A DNA stretch of 64,000 nucleotides from the human T2T-CHM13v2.0 reference genome, Homo sapiens. The position numbers and the translations under genes are program-made. The notes beneath the pieces were generated by a model. It did not search any database, was not told the DNA's origin, and saw only the letters and a program-made list of their open reading frames with translations. The stretch is taken from the NCBI RefSeq assembly GCF_009914755.1, contig NC_060925.1. One strand, given 5' to 3'. Positions 40,641 to 54,673 of the stretch are shown here, piece after piece (the stretch's first letter is position 1; each line of letters opens with the position of its first letter).

Positions 40641-41393
40641 CCAGACTACATATGACACATACATGAAAGAATAATTTAAAATTTAAAAAAAAGAGAGAAG
40701 AGGAATCTTTTTTTTTTCTGTAATCAGAATACCTATCATCCAGGAAAAGGTCATAAAACAGTGCAAAATAACACCACAGGACTAAAAAAAGATTTTTTTT
40801 TAATGTGGCAAAAATTAATACAGGATTTCCTTTGCAAATTATCCAGGCTTTTTCCCATTCTGGCGTAGATGCCACTACTCTATGTGCCCATAATGTCCTG
40901 ATTCTTCCTCTCTGTAATGACAGTTCTCATCCCACAGGATTCAAGTTGCCTGTTTATGTATCTGACACCTCTGCTATTTTATCAACTCTTTAAGGGAAGG
41001 AATTGTGTTTTATGAATGACATTCTCATTTTTAAAAAGAAAACAATCGTTTGTCAAATAAAAACAAAATCTGTCTTCCTTTCTTTAGACTTTCAAAATTA
41101 GCTCAAATAAAAATATATTATTGTTGACATTCAGTAAAGTACATGTTGGCAGCCTCTTTTAAAGTGCCTTTCATAAAACAAGCAGAAGATATACACACAG
41201 ATACACACATACACTTTTTAAAATTTGAAATAATATAAGTGCTCTTACTGTAAAATGTCAGACAACTTTTATCTGAAGCATTCAAAAATTTCTCCCCTGC
41301 CCCAAACACTCCTTATTGGGCTATTGTTATCCCAGTTTCACTCTTAGAAGACTTAAGGAGAAAAAGCATTAAATAGAATTTATGGGAGGTCAT

Positions 41394-41665
41394 TGATTTG
41401 GACTAAGCTCCTACACTAGGCCCCGAGACACGAAGCCAACATGGAGTTATTGAGACTAAAGTTCCAAACTGAAACCAACTTGTTTAACCTGAGAAAGTAG
41501 GAGAGAGATAATAGTCTAATCCCCAACCAGGCCACTTTTAGGCACCGTGATAAGGAAGGCTTCTTCTGTTTTAATCTTCTATGAAAAAGTAACTTTGAAA
41601 TGACCGGCCTTCTTGTTCCACTTCTGCTTCTTCAGCCGTCTTCTGCCTATCTAGACCATCTCCTC
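41394..41665 (+). mobile_element. MER31-like ERV1 LTR fragment
   Basis: tgatttggactaagctcctacactaggcccc...catggagt...aaagtaactttgaaatgacc. Confidence 0.7.
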
Positions 41666-42163
41666 CTGCGAGGATGTGAAGTCCATCCATCTTTCAAGGT
41701 CAAGAAGTTTAGACTTTATTAGGAGGCAATGGAGAGTCGAAGAAGAATAGTTCAATTCACTTTCTGTAGAAGTGACTGAAGGAAGGGTACTTCCACAACT
41801 GCAAGCACAGAAGCCATTAAGAGGTTGATTCAGCGACCCATATAATGGTGGCCTCAATTAAGGGACTGGCAGTGTGGCTGAAGAAAAACACCTAGCTAAA
41901 AGAGAACAGGAAGCAGAACTAACCAGATGTATTGACTGACTGAATGTAAAGATAAGGGAGAGGGAAAAGTCAACGATGATCTATAGGTTTCCTCTAAACA
42001 GTCATTAAACAATTATTTACTGAGCACCAAGTATCTACCATGGTTCCAGGTACCAGAGATACATCATCAGACAGAAGAATGTCTCATTTTTATGGAGGTT
42101 ATAGTTTAGCAGAAGATAGACAGTAAACAAATAAGATGTCTACAAAACCTTCTCTCATCATTC

Positions 42164-42245
42164 TTTTTTTTTTTTTAGAGTAAAGTGAAAGCAACTTTAT
42201 TAAGAAAGTAAAGGAATAAATGGCTTCTCCATAGGCAGAGCAGCC
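42164..42245 (-). mobile_element. Polyadenylated MER41-like LTR R-region fragment
   Basis: Reverse complement ggctgctctgcctatggagaagccatttattcctttactttcttAATAAAgttgctttcactttactct followed by A13. Confidence 0.75.
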
Positions 42246-43304
42246 AATGTGATCATTCTGGCCAATAGGCTTCTTTTGTCTTAGGTGTGCCAGAGTACAC
42301 CACGCATTTTGGAACTAGATGGCACAGAGCAGATTCACATCATATGTACAGCTTCACTGGGAATCCTTCATCCCAATGAAGCTGATAAAGTCTGAAATAG
42401 GACATACACGTTAAAAGAATGTCTGAATGATTGTAAGGATTTTTCTGGCTTCTAGCAAAAAAGTAAAATATTGTTTGTACTTCTGAACAATTTAAGGAAT
42501 TTTGAAAAGAACTCTGACTCTACTTTTTTCCCATCACATAATGAAGATTGATGTATTTATTACTTGGTGGTGTGAATTAGAAATATGATAAATTTAAAGT
42601 CTAACTTGTTTCCCATCCAAACTTCCCAACTAGACTGCACTGTATTTTTTATTTTTCTCTAATTGTTGTACATGGGTAAGTAAAACTCGTGTAAGTTTCC
42701 GCATAGTTCACACTCATGGGAAACAAAAACTGCGCCTTGTATATCATCATCCCCCGACTGTCTGTCACTCACAGAATTCAAGGCACATATGAAGTGCTCA
42801 ATAAACAAGAGCTTAGAGGAAATCAATGAGGCTTAGTGCATAGCCTTATTGCAAACTGTGGTCTCCAATGCAAAAACAAAATAAAACAAAAACCCCACAA
42901 CTAAAAACAAAGTAGGGGATGTTAACAAGAGAACAAGGATATGAAACCTATCTCATGAAAGAATAAACATTTCACACAGAAATCATAAATGTTGGTATTA
43001 ATTTTAAATGACATTTGTCAGCCATAGAAAGTGATCTCTAATAACTCACGATAGAGCAGTTTAATGCCCAAATAATTGAAAAAAGAATTGGAGAGGTAAC
43101 CTAACGGCAGATAAGATTAAGTAAGGAAAATTTCAATCTGTGTGAAGAAGAGAAGGCTTTAATTTTTCAACCCTTTGGGACAATTTGGAACATCAGGGCT
43201 CTACACCAAAACTCGACTTTATTTATCCTATATATATCCTTTATTTAGGATCCCTAAATTTATTTTTTACTTTCTTCATGAACTCGTAAGTCAGTCTCCT
43301 AGGG

Positions 43305-43694
43305 CAGGGGTCCCCAGGGCTGCGGACTGGTACTGGTCCATGGCCTGTTAGGAACTGGGTCACACGGCAGGAGGCGAGTGGCGGGTGAGCAGGCATGACC
43401 ACCGGAGCTCAGAGCAGTGGCAGCACTGGATTCTCATGGAGGGTGAGCAGGCATGACCACTGGAGCTCAGAAAAGTGGCAGCATTCGATTCTCATGAGGG
43501 CGTGAACCCTATTGTGAACTGGGCATGTGAGGGATCTAGGTTGTGTGCTCCTTATGAGACTCTAACTAATGCCTGATGATCTGAGGTGGAACAGTTTCAT
43601 CCTAAAACCATCCATCCCCTCCTCACCGCCCCATCCATGAAAAACTGTCTTCCACGAAACTGGTTCCTGGTGCCAGAAAGGTTGGGAACCACTG
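43305..43694 (+). mobile_element. MER1B (hAT-Charlie) with an internal 58-bp tandem duplication
   Basis: caggggtcccc...gttgggaaccactg; exact 8-bp TSD TCCTAGGG at 43297-43304 and 43695-43702. Confidence 0.9.
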
Positions 43695-44536
43695 TCCTAG
43701 GGCAACCTTGCTTGTGTGGGTAAAGTTCTTTAAGAAAACGGGAGACTCTAGGAGAAAAAAGAACTATTATTATTGTAAAAAGAAAGATTACCAAGGACTC
43801 TTCTTTTACCATACAAAGGAGGAAATCCTTACTACACCTTAGTGTCCAAGTTCAGTATACCTTTTTGATATAAAATACACAGAAAAGCTTAATATTTGAT
43901 TTATCTTAGTGTATTATCTATCTCCCCCCTCTAGAATGCGAACTCTATAAAGGCAGAAATTTTTTATCTGTGTTGTTAACTGCTGTCTCCCCAATATCTA
44001 CAACAATGGTTAACAACACTAGGTAGTCAACAGTAGCTAAGAATGGACGAAAGAATCAAGGCTTGGATAACAAAACAGCTCGTTTATGGAATGCATGTAT
44101 ATTTTCATAAGGATAATTAGTGTGTGTAATCAAAAGCAAAGCCCTTCTGAAAGAAGTCCATCACCAATACAGATAAGTTACCACTTTGTTTGATTATCAT
44201 AAACTATCAAACAATGCAACCCACTGAAAGGAAAATGTGAGACAAATTTAACTCCTATGACCTTAGCGTTGAGGAAGGAAAGATTTACATAGCGTCCATT
44301 GATTCGCTCTGGGAAGAGTGTGGTTACCTTCAAAATCTAAAGTCAAAATCTAAATCCCTAAGTCAAAACCTAAAACCTAAGAGCTGAAAGACTTCTCTGT
44401 GTTTAAGCAGGCATCCTGTTTTCACTCTGTGGTATCTAAATAGAAGCTTCAAAAGGAGACTCTGTGCTTGTGTTTACAAACTGTGAGACTGCTCAAATAT
44501 AGAAACGGAAGACTTTTTGTTGTTGTTTGTTTCTAG

Positions 44537-44841
44537 TTTTTCTTTTTTTCTTTTTTTTGAGACAGAGTCTCACTCTGTCACCCATACTGGAGTGCAGTGG
44601 TGTGATCTTTGCTCACCACAACCCCTGCCTCCCAAGCTCAAGCAATTCTCATGCCTCAGCCTCCTGAGCAGCTGACACTACAGGCCTGCACCATGTCACC
44701 TGGCTAATTTGTTGCATTTTTAGTAGAGACAAAGTTTCGCCATGTTGGCCAGGCTGGTCTCAAACTCCTGCCCTCAAGTGACCTGCCTGCCTTGGCCTCT
44801 GAAAGTGCTGGGATTACAGGCATGAGCCACTGCACCCAGCC
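44537..44841 (-). mobile_element. Alu (old S/Jb)
   Basis: Antisense dimeric Alu. Confidence 0.9.
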
Positions 44842-44924
44842 CCTAGCTTCTATTTTTTTTAATTACTAGTGTACCAGCTCAGGATTGAATACATCTCTCC
44901 TCCTGCTAGAAAAAATTTAAAATA

Positions 44925-45040
44925 ACCTGAGCAATGTAGCTCATACCTGTAATCCTGGCACTTTGGGATGCCAAGGGAGAATGATTGCTTGAGGCCTGGA
45001 TTAACCCTCCAAGACCTCATCTCTACAAAAAAACTTTTTT
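44925..45040 (+). mobile_element. Degenerate Alu left-monomer fragment
   Basis: gctcatacctgtaatcctggcactttgggatgcc...caagacctcatctctacaaaaa. Confidence 0.65.
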
Positions 45041-45124
45041 AAAGAAAGAATTTAAAATAGAAGTATTTATTTCTTTCAAGTTAGCCTAAAGGCCAAATCG
45101 AGCTCCTGGATATTTGAGGAGTTC

Positions 45125-46851
45125 TGAAACCACGTTTGCCAAGATCATGACGGTGAGAGGAATCTGGCGTGACTAACTTTATCTTGCTTCTAGTCTCACA
45201 GGCTGGCTGCCCTTGCTCATTCCTAGGCACAGGCCAAGCTAACCATGGGAGACAGGAAGGATGGTCATAGTCCCTCCCTAAAACTAAACCCCTCTTTGCT
45301 CAGGGACCAGAGCCGCTTTTGTAAAACTAATGAAAGGCCATAAGATTAGGGTTATGGGAGGGGCCTGCAATTTGTTAAAATGTAGGCGTAGTTTCTATAA
45401 TCCCTTACTGCTCAGGAGTCATGTGGCCAGAGGTCACAAGATTTGTGACTTCCTCAATTGCTCCTACAGATAACATTACTATTGTAGTACCTAAGATTGG
45501 TCTTTCGAAACGTTTTTCAGACGTTAGCATGCTGGCAACCAACTCACCCCCCTGGACCTGTGACTTATGACTCAGTTGGTCCCATGGCCCCCGCCCAGAG
45601 GCATACTCAGCATAGCAGGACCGTTTCCTACCCTCCTATGATTTTATCCACAACCAATCAGCAGCACACATTCCCTAGCCCCTTGCCCGCCAAACTGTCC
45701 ATAAAAACCCCAGCTTCTGAGTTCTTGGTGAGACTGGTTTGAGTAATAACTCCAGTCTTTCCACTTGGCTAGCTCTGCATTAATTAAACTCTTTCTTTAC
45801 TGCAATATCGTGGGCTTGGCGAAATGGTTTTGTGTGGGGAAAAGAAAGAGAGATCAGACTGTTACTGTGTCTATGTAGAGAGAAGTAGACATAAGAGACT
45901 CCATTTTGTTCTGTACTAAGAAAAATTCTTCTGCCTTGGGATGCTGTTAATCTGTGACCTTACCCCCAACCCTGTGCTCCCTGAAACATGTGCTGTGTCA
46001 ACTCAGGGTTAAATGGATTAAGGGCGGTGCAAGATGTGCTTTGTTAAACAGATGCTTGAAGGCAGCATGCTCCTTAAGAGTCATCACCACTCCCTAATCT
46101 CAAGTACCCAGGGGCACAAACACTGCGGAAGGCTGCAGGGACCTCTGCCTACGAAAGCCAGGTATTGTCCAAGGTTTCTCCCCATGTGACAGTCTGAAAT
46201 ATGGCCTCCTGGGAAGGGAAAGACCTGACCGTCCCCCAGCCCGACACCCGTAAAGGGTCTGTGCTGAGGAGGATTAGTAAAAGAGGAAGGAATGCCTCTT
46301 TGCAGTTGAGATAAGAGGAAGGCATCTGTCTCCTGCTCGTCCCTGGGCAATGGAATGTCTCGGTGTAAAACCCGATTGTATATTCCATCTACTGAGACAG
46401 GGGAAAACCGCCTTAGGGCTGGAGGTGGGACATGCGGGCAGCAATACTGCTCTTTAAGGCATTGAGATGTTTATGTATATGCACATCAAAAGCACAGCAC
46501 TTTTTTCTCTAACTTGTTTATGATGCAGAGACATTTGTTCACATGTTTTCCTGCAGACCCTCTCCCCACTATTACCCTATTGTCCTGCCACATCCCGCTC
46601 TCCCAGAAATGCCCGATAATGATCGATAAATACTGAGGGAACTCAGAGGCTGGTGCCAGCGCGGGTCCTCCGTATGCTGAGCGCGGGTCCCCTGCGCCCA
46701 CTTTTCCTTCTCTATACTTTGTCTCTGTGTATCTTTCTTTTCTCAAGTCTCTCGTTCCACCCAACAAGAAACGCCCACAAGTGTGGAGGGGCAGGCCACC
46801 CCTTCAGTTTTGTCTGTGCAGCAGACAGGAAGAGCCAGTTGGGTGACTACA
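45125..46851 (+). mobile_element. LTR8A-like ERV1 solo LTR, split by an HML-2 LTR
   Basis: tgaaaccacgtttgccaagatcatgac...gccagttgggtgactaca; exact 4-bp TSD GTTC at 45121-45124 and 46852-46855. Confidence 0.85.
45833..46806 (+). mobile_element. HERV-K (HML-2) solo LTR, probably LTR5B, 974 bp
   Basis: tgtggggaaaagaaagagagatcagac...ggggcaggccaccccttca; exact 6-bp TSD GTTTTG at 45827-45832 and 46807-46812. Confidence 0.95.
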
Positions 46852-47350
46852 GTTCCCTTCACACAGAATAAAAGTTCCTAAACAATAACACAGCTAATCT
46901 CACCTACAATTCAGGTAAGTCAAAACTATGAGCCCTTTCCCTTACTGAGTCCCAAGTAAGGGGGATTCTGGTCCAAACAAACAAAAAACCCACACAATAC
47001 ACACATAAAGGTCACAATTTGTATTTGCTCAAGAATCATATAACTCATTATAAACCGAAACCAAACGAAATGAAAGACTTTATTAGTAAAAATTATGAAA
47101 AATTTGAAAATATGTCAAAAGGTTACCTTTATATTCTTTTAAATATTGGACCACAGTCTAAACAGGCCCACCCAAGGATTTTTTTTTAATACTGTAGTAT
47201 TGTTTGGCTTACTACTTATTATCTATCAGCATAAGGACTGCTAAGTAACATATTAACTTGCAGATTTTTGTCCAAAAGGATGTAAATGATTTTTGTGTGA
47301 TAGAAAGATAGCCCCAAAGACAACAGTTTTATTGCCCTGTAAGACATTAA

Positions 47351-47679
<329 letters not shown>

Positions 47680-48494
47680 CAATTTACTGATCTTACAATC
47701 TTATTCTAGCATTCTATCAGTGCCTATATATAATTTATCTGTGGAATTTTCTGGGAATCAGCATCACCATTATGTTGATTCCCTCATTCATCAGGCAAAT
47801 AAATTTATGACACGCACTTACTATGTATTTACGAGGGTCATTGTTTTACCTCTGAAAAATATATTTTGATATCTTAAAGTTTTGGTATATTTTCTTCTTA
47901 GATGCCTACAGAATATAGGAAAGGTAAGCTGTTACTGGTCTATCAATGGCAACAAAAGAATGTAAATTGATTGCATTATTCATTCTTCAGCAGGCTGATT
48001 ACTGATACTATAGTCATACCATTGAATTATTTAGTAACAAAAAATCTAGTAAATAATTACAAATTATCAGTGACTACCATATTCTTTAGAGCACATTATT
48101 TTACCCCTAAAGATGCGCATTAACATTTTGTGATTAGAGTACCTAGAAGACTACAGAAAAGAGCAGAAATGATCACTAAATGCTGCATGTACCTCCTGTG
48201 TTTTACTCCTAATGCAGCTTTAAAGCTGTACATCCTAAAGAATATTGCATTTTCTCTTTTAACAACATAAATTTTATCTCCAGCAAAGAAAGTGTTACAC
48301 TATCTATAGTAAATTTTAAACACTTCAATATAGAAGTATTTCCAGTGTGATTTATGTGTATCTGGGTTAGTTTCCACTCACACCCTAATGGTATTAGTTA
48401 ACATCTGAAGTACCCTAATGAGGAATTAATCCAGAGGTGGATGTTTATCATCTGACACATGGTGACCATCTGCCACAATGCCAGAGGTAGCTAC

Positions 48495-48935
48495 TGATGG
48501 GGTCCAAGACATCCTACCCCAAAATATGGTACTTTGGCATATTAGATATTTTAAGCTGAAGGATTTGAGAAAACAGACCTTCCCCCTCCCCTTCTCCCCT
48601 GAAAAAGGTTATAAAATCTTTCCTACGTTTTATGACCTTCCCCGAAGCAGGTCAAAGGACCCTAATGTGTGAGGTGCCCTCCCTATACCCAGAAGAAAGG
48701 GGCATCCTTATCTCCAAACATGCAGTGACATAGAGACCTGAACAAATAGGTCTTACTAAGCATCCTCCAGTTTATAACATTCAGCTCATCCCCCGCTTTG
48801 TCCTATCACATTTCTCTAAGACTCTCCACTCTTCATCAAACCTACTATGAAACAAGCTCACGTTTAACTGCTTCTTCGGGTCTTCATTTCCTTATGAAGT
48901 CTCCCATGTCACATAAAACTTGAATAAATTTCTAA
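48495..48935 (+). mobile_element. MER34/MER39-group ERV1 LTR (3' incomplete)
   Basis: tgatggggtccaagacatcctaccccaaaatatggtactttggcat...ctcccatgtcacataaaact. Confidence 0.7.
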
Positions 48936-49871
48936 TAAAATAAATTTTATTAGAGGGGGTCCCAGCTACCCAAAATAAGTAGCAGGAAAGATACTTTTCC
49001 TCCCCTTTGCTACAAAACATTTTCAAATATCTTTGTTTCTGATCAACCTTAAAGGGTTTGATAATTTGCATTATAGATAAAAATATTTTTCCTTGGTGAA
49101 ACAAGGGGTGTTTAAGATATGTGGATGGCTAAAAACAGTAGAAAAAGAATAATTAGTTTATTTCCTTTTGCCTTTGCTTGAACAATGTACAAGAATCTAG
49201 CATGCCGAATGACTAGAATTACCATAGGTTGCAATTTGCCTGTTACAGTCCCAGTTTACATTTCTTATCCCAACATAATTATTAAGAATGCCCTCTTTGG
49301 TTCTCAAAGCATTCTGCTTTGGACCACAAATTATATGGACACGCCACCACAGCATACCTTTCTTAAAGGCCCCCTAGGCTTAATACTAGGATGGACCCTG
49401 TATGGATTTTTGTCAGCGAACTGCTACTAGGTTAGCTGAATTCCGAAGCTAACGCACTGTTTCACCTGCTTCAAGTGAATCTTTCTGTGATAAATTTATA
49501 GAACAAGTGGTGTGACAGTTTTTGCGCCTGCCTAATAAATGTTTGTATCTGTGCATGAGTCAGTCTGAGACTTGCTTTTATTACAACACACTGCCTGGGA
49601 CTGTGCTTGCAGGTGAGAAGACCTTCAGTTTTCATTTGCTCCTATCTACTAGAGGCTACGGATATATTTTCTTTTTTTTTTTTTCTACACTTCACTTATT
49701 AGATTTATTACTAAGTACTTGATGCTTTTTATTTTTATTTTTAGATTTCAGTAAAATAGTTTAATCAAGTCACTAAACAAGCAAATGACAACAACAACAA
49801 AAAAGCCTCAGAGAGAGAGAAGGGAAATCAATATCTAGTTGCTACCATATGACACCTAAAATGCCAAATTT

Positions 49872-50275
49872 TCTTTTTTTTTAATTTTTTTAATTTTTAT
49901 TTTTATTTTAAGTTCTGGGATACATGTGCGGGACCTGCAGGTTTGTTATGTAGGTAAATGTGTGCCATGGTGGTTTGCTGTACCTATCAATCCATCACCT
50001 AGGTATTAAGCCCAACACACATTAGCAATTTTTCCTGATGCTCTCCCTCCCCTCGCCCTTCCGACAGGCCCAGTGTGTGTTGTTCCCCTCCCTGTGTCCA
50101 TGTGTTTTCACCGTTCAGCTCCCACTTATGAGTGAGAACATGCGGTGTTTGGTTTTCTGTCTCTGCGTTAGTTTGCTGAGGATAATGGCTTCCAGCTCCA
50201 TCCATGTCCATGCAAAGGGCATGATCTCATTCATTTTTATGGCTGCATAGTATTCCATGGTGTGTATGTGCCACC
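49872..50275 (-). mobile_element. Older L1PA (about L1PA8-11) 3' end
   Basis: ORF 50115-50363 gives HTMEYYAAIKMNEIMPFAWTWMELEAIILSKL (ORF2p end); 3'UTR and T tail. Confidence 0.9.
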
Positions 50276-51387
50276 AAAGCTCCTCTATCTGGCAGTTCCT
50301 TGCAGATGAAAGCTCCTCCCATGATTCAGAATAAGTAGAGCTTTTGGCCAGAAGAGTTTTCAAATTCTTGCCTTTATAGCTACAAACCCATGAGCCTATT
50401 TCTAGATCCTTCCTGTTATTCTTATTATAGAGGGAATAAGCATCTCTTGCTACTTTTTATCACTAGACCAACATCTTTCTTCCCTACTAGACATAAGTTC
50501 CATGAAGCCAAGACCGTTGACTTCCTTAATCATCTCTAGAACCCTGGGTTCTAGCACATTTGGTACTCATCAGTTAGTCAATATCTGCTGAATGAGTAAA
50601 TTTTAAAAAGTGTCCTTGATTTCTCCTCCAGACCATTAGTTGTTCTTTTCCTGTTCAAATAGTCGGAAAGCAAAGGCAAGGAAAAAAAATCTCAGAGGCT
50701 CGCACAAAAAAAGCTACAAGGAAAAACAAGTTCAGTTAGTTGTTTTCCGTGGTATCTATGAAACTTTTTTCTAAACAAATAATGTGTTCTGTCCAAAACA
50801 CTTTAGCCTACCAACATAGCAACTCTACGTGCAATAACGGCATGACTGCACTGATTCTGTGTCTTGATTTTAACTTTCAACAAGTAAAACAAACACAATT
50901 TGCAAAGCAGAATTCCAACACTGCTGTCATTACGGCTTCAGATAAAGCACCACTGACAAGGCCCCCTCTAGATTCTACATGAAGACTTACGCGGACTGAA
51001 ACCCGTCCTCAGTACTCCAACTGTTAACCAAACCGCCTCCCAACTCTAACCAACTACATCATAGCAAGCAAATCTTTATATGTAAACATAGAAAATTATT
51101 ATTTTTATCTAGTCGCACAATGACTTTCTAACTAAGCTTTTATTGAAAAAACATACGTCTCACTAATAAGGAAAAAAAAGAGCAATCACTTGTTTAGAAT
51201 AAACGAGATGCTCTTCGTCCTCTGTGAGCCTCTTTGACTCATGAATTGGTTTAACTTCTGAAACCTCCAGTGTAGACTGTCCCTATCTACAGCGAGCGCC
51301 ATGCACTTATGAGCAGGAAACACCCATGTGACAAAGCTCAGAACTGTCACGGAAAGGTAACCCAGGTAAAAGCGCATCAAAACAAGG

Positions 51388-51462
51388 ACACACACACACT
51401 CTCTCTCTCTTTCTCTCTCTCTCTCCCTCTCTCCTTCTTTCTCTTTCTTTCTCTCTCTCTCT
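51388..51462. repeat. (CA)n-(CT)n compound microsatellite
   Basis: Read directly. Confidence 0.85.
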
Positions 51463-51514
51463 ATTCAGGAGTTCTCAATTTCCCATTTCTCCCGGCTTAA
51501 AAGTTAAGAGTAAT

Positions 51515-51830
<316 letters not shown>

Positions 51831-52159
51831 CTAAAATTTTATTTTATCCTAGAGGTAAGTCTGAGGACATTGATTAGTGCTTATTTTTGTTTTCAGTACA
51901 ATATCCCCAAAAGTTTGAAAAATTAGCTTTGTCACAATACACTTCCTATATTACATCCCCTTCTAATAATTTCAGACAGCTTATAATTTGTATAGGAAGA
52001 TGGCAAATGTTTTATCTTTATGAAATTTATGTGTACATACACACACATATATATTTTATATCCAGAAAAGTTTTAGCTACATTTTTAGTTTCAGAGGCTT
52101 TGAATTCATTGATTATTGTGTAGGTAATTACTTGACCTTATATTTATTTGAGATGATCT

Positions 52160-52446
<287 letters not shown>

Positions 52447-53622
52447 ACTCGACCCTACTTTTAGAAAATTCAATACATAAAGATGACATTTCCCTGGAAC
52501 ATTCTTTCTCCTATAACCAAAACATTAGGCATGAGTTACATTTTCCATGTCCATGAGTAGCACTTCATGTTATTATATTTCCTAAGAACTATTTTAATTA
52601 TAAATTTTAGATGCAGTGAATTATTTTGGGAAAGGTGCATATCCAACCCATCCCTATTTCGAGCCAGAATAGCTTAGATTCCTGAAATCACTTCAGTTGC
52701 TCCTTTAAGACCGTGAGAAAGGAACATATGAATCTTCACAAACCTTCACAGAAGCTTGTTGAAGATTTTGGTTTCTAAAAATATTTCTATTTCACTTGAT
52801 CCAGATTTTCATGTTATATTTCTTTTGCACACCATGAAAACAAGTTTTCAACTACTCAACCAAAAGTCTCGGGTAGAAAACTGCCCCTTTATCTCATGGT
52901 GGTATGAACAGGAGATGAGTAGACAAAACTTTTAGACCTTTACCGGCTGTTCCTACCCCAAATGCCAGCCACTCACATGTTTTCTCGCCCTCCAAATTGC
53001 TCAGTTTTCATGATGCTGCATTTAAAACCTATGTCTGAAATTGGTAGTTTGCTTTTTTTTTTTTCTGGGGGAGGGGTGTTTTTACAAGGGAGATTTGGGG
53101 GAAATGTGGGTATGGAGAAATTTTCTTTCCATTTTCCACTGGCTGGCACTAGAAGAATCCAGTCAGTTTTTCTCTGTTCTTTTTCTCCCTCTGTCCTGTT
53201 GGTACCAAAGCAGTCACCATCACAAATTCCCTTTCTTTCTATTAGTGGATATGGAATTATCTAGCATTATTAAGAATAAGGTGAAACTGTCTCAGACCCA
53301 GGCTTAAATTGCAAAATGACAAAATATATTAAAATACTAGAGTACAAAAGAAAAGATACAGAAAAATTCTACAAAGGTATATATGAATGGCCAAACTGTC
53401 CAACATACATAATCCTTGCATAAGCACCCAGTATGTCCTAACAGAGAAAGAAACCAGTTCCAGAAAAATTAAGTCAAAATAATCACATATAAGAGCTTCT
53501 CTCTTTTAGCCCTTCAGTGACAGCTGAACGTTGGTCATTAAATGGGCATGGAAGAAACAGAGAGAACACCATCTTCTGTTTGAACAAAATCCTGATCTCC
53601 ACCAAGAACTGAAATTGGGTCT

Positions 53623-54673
53623 TCTCCACTTGGAAGACTCCTCTCTCTATAGAGAAAGAGAGAGAGCTGTTTTTCTTTCTCTCTTTTTTTTTTTTTTTTT
53701 TTAGATGGAGTCTAGCTCTATCACCCAGGATGGAATGCAGTGGCTGGATCTCTGTCTCCTGCAACCCCCATCTCCCAGGTTCAAGTGGTTCTCCTGCCTC
53801 AGCCTCCTGAGTAGCTGGGATCATGGGCGTGCCCCACCACATCTGGCTAATTTTTGTATTTTTAGTAGAGATGGGGTTTTGCTATGTTGGTCAGGCTGGT
53901 CTCGAACTCCTGACCTCAGGATACACCCGCCCTCCGCCTCCCAAAGCGCTGGGATTACAGGCATGAGCTACCACACCCGGCTCTTTCTCTTTTCTTTTGT
54001 CTCTTAACTCCGCTTCTAAACTCCTCTTGTGTGTTCATGTCCTAAATTTTGCTGACGCGAAATGACGAAGCCCAGGTACGTACCCCAGACAACGTAGCCA
54101 CTTCATACTGGGAACCTCGTCGGGGAAACCAAGGTACAGCAGTCACCGAAATGGTGAGCAGAGGAACAGACTCCAACTCTGCCCTTTCATTTCAAGGCTC
54201 TCGGCCTAAATGTTAGAACCATATCAAATCAGTAACAGGCATCCGTCAGCCAGTTAGAAACGCGGTTAGCACGGCTGCTGTTCAAAGACTGGGATGCCAG
54301 GCGTACTGGGGAAAACATGGAGAATCTCCCAGCACCCATGGGTTGCTGGGCATGTTGGCCACGTGTGAACAAGCTTCCTTTCATGAAGGACTTAGCCATC
54401 ACTTGAAGCTGGAAGAGGTTCTGGAGCAACTGAGGATTTCTGGCTGGGGCTACCGCCCAGTATTACCCAAACCCTCCTGGACTGACCCCAGCCTCCACCG
54501 CTGGATGGGTTGTGGGCAACAGGATTCCAACTTTCCTATGTAGTTTCCTCCTTTCCTGTCTGCACCCACCATACCTCCTGTCTTTTCCACTCGGAAGACC
54601 CCTCTCTATAGAGAGAGAGCTGGTTTTCTTTATTCTTCTGCCTATTAAACCTCAGCACAAAAAAAAAAAAAAA
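53623..54673 (+). pseudogene. ERV1 (MER50-like) processed retrocopy: R-U5-leader-R-poly(A)
   Basis: R-like segment present at 53623 and about 54581; LTR end ccccagacaacgtagccacttca; ATTAAA (54644-54649) then A15; diverged 19-bp TSD. Confidence 0.75.
53684..53981 (-). mobile_element. AluS inserted in the 5' R region of the ERV retrocopy
   Basis: Antisense Alu flanked by tctttctct on both sides. Confidence 0.9.

Noticed and set aside
47815-47865. 30-nt minus-strand exon candidate ending in gtaagt
   Set aside because: Poor pyrimidine tract, two of three frames closed, peptide not recognised.
52971-53018. 39-nt minus-strand exon candidate (MKTEQFGGREN, then gtgagt)
   Set aside because: Weak pyrimidine tract, weak exonic donor bases, and I do not recognise the peptide.
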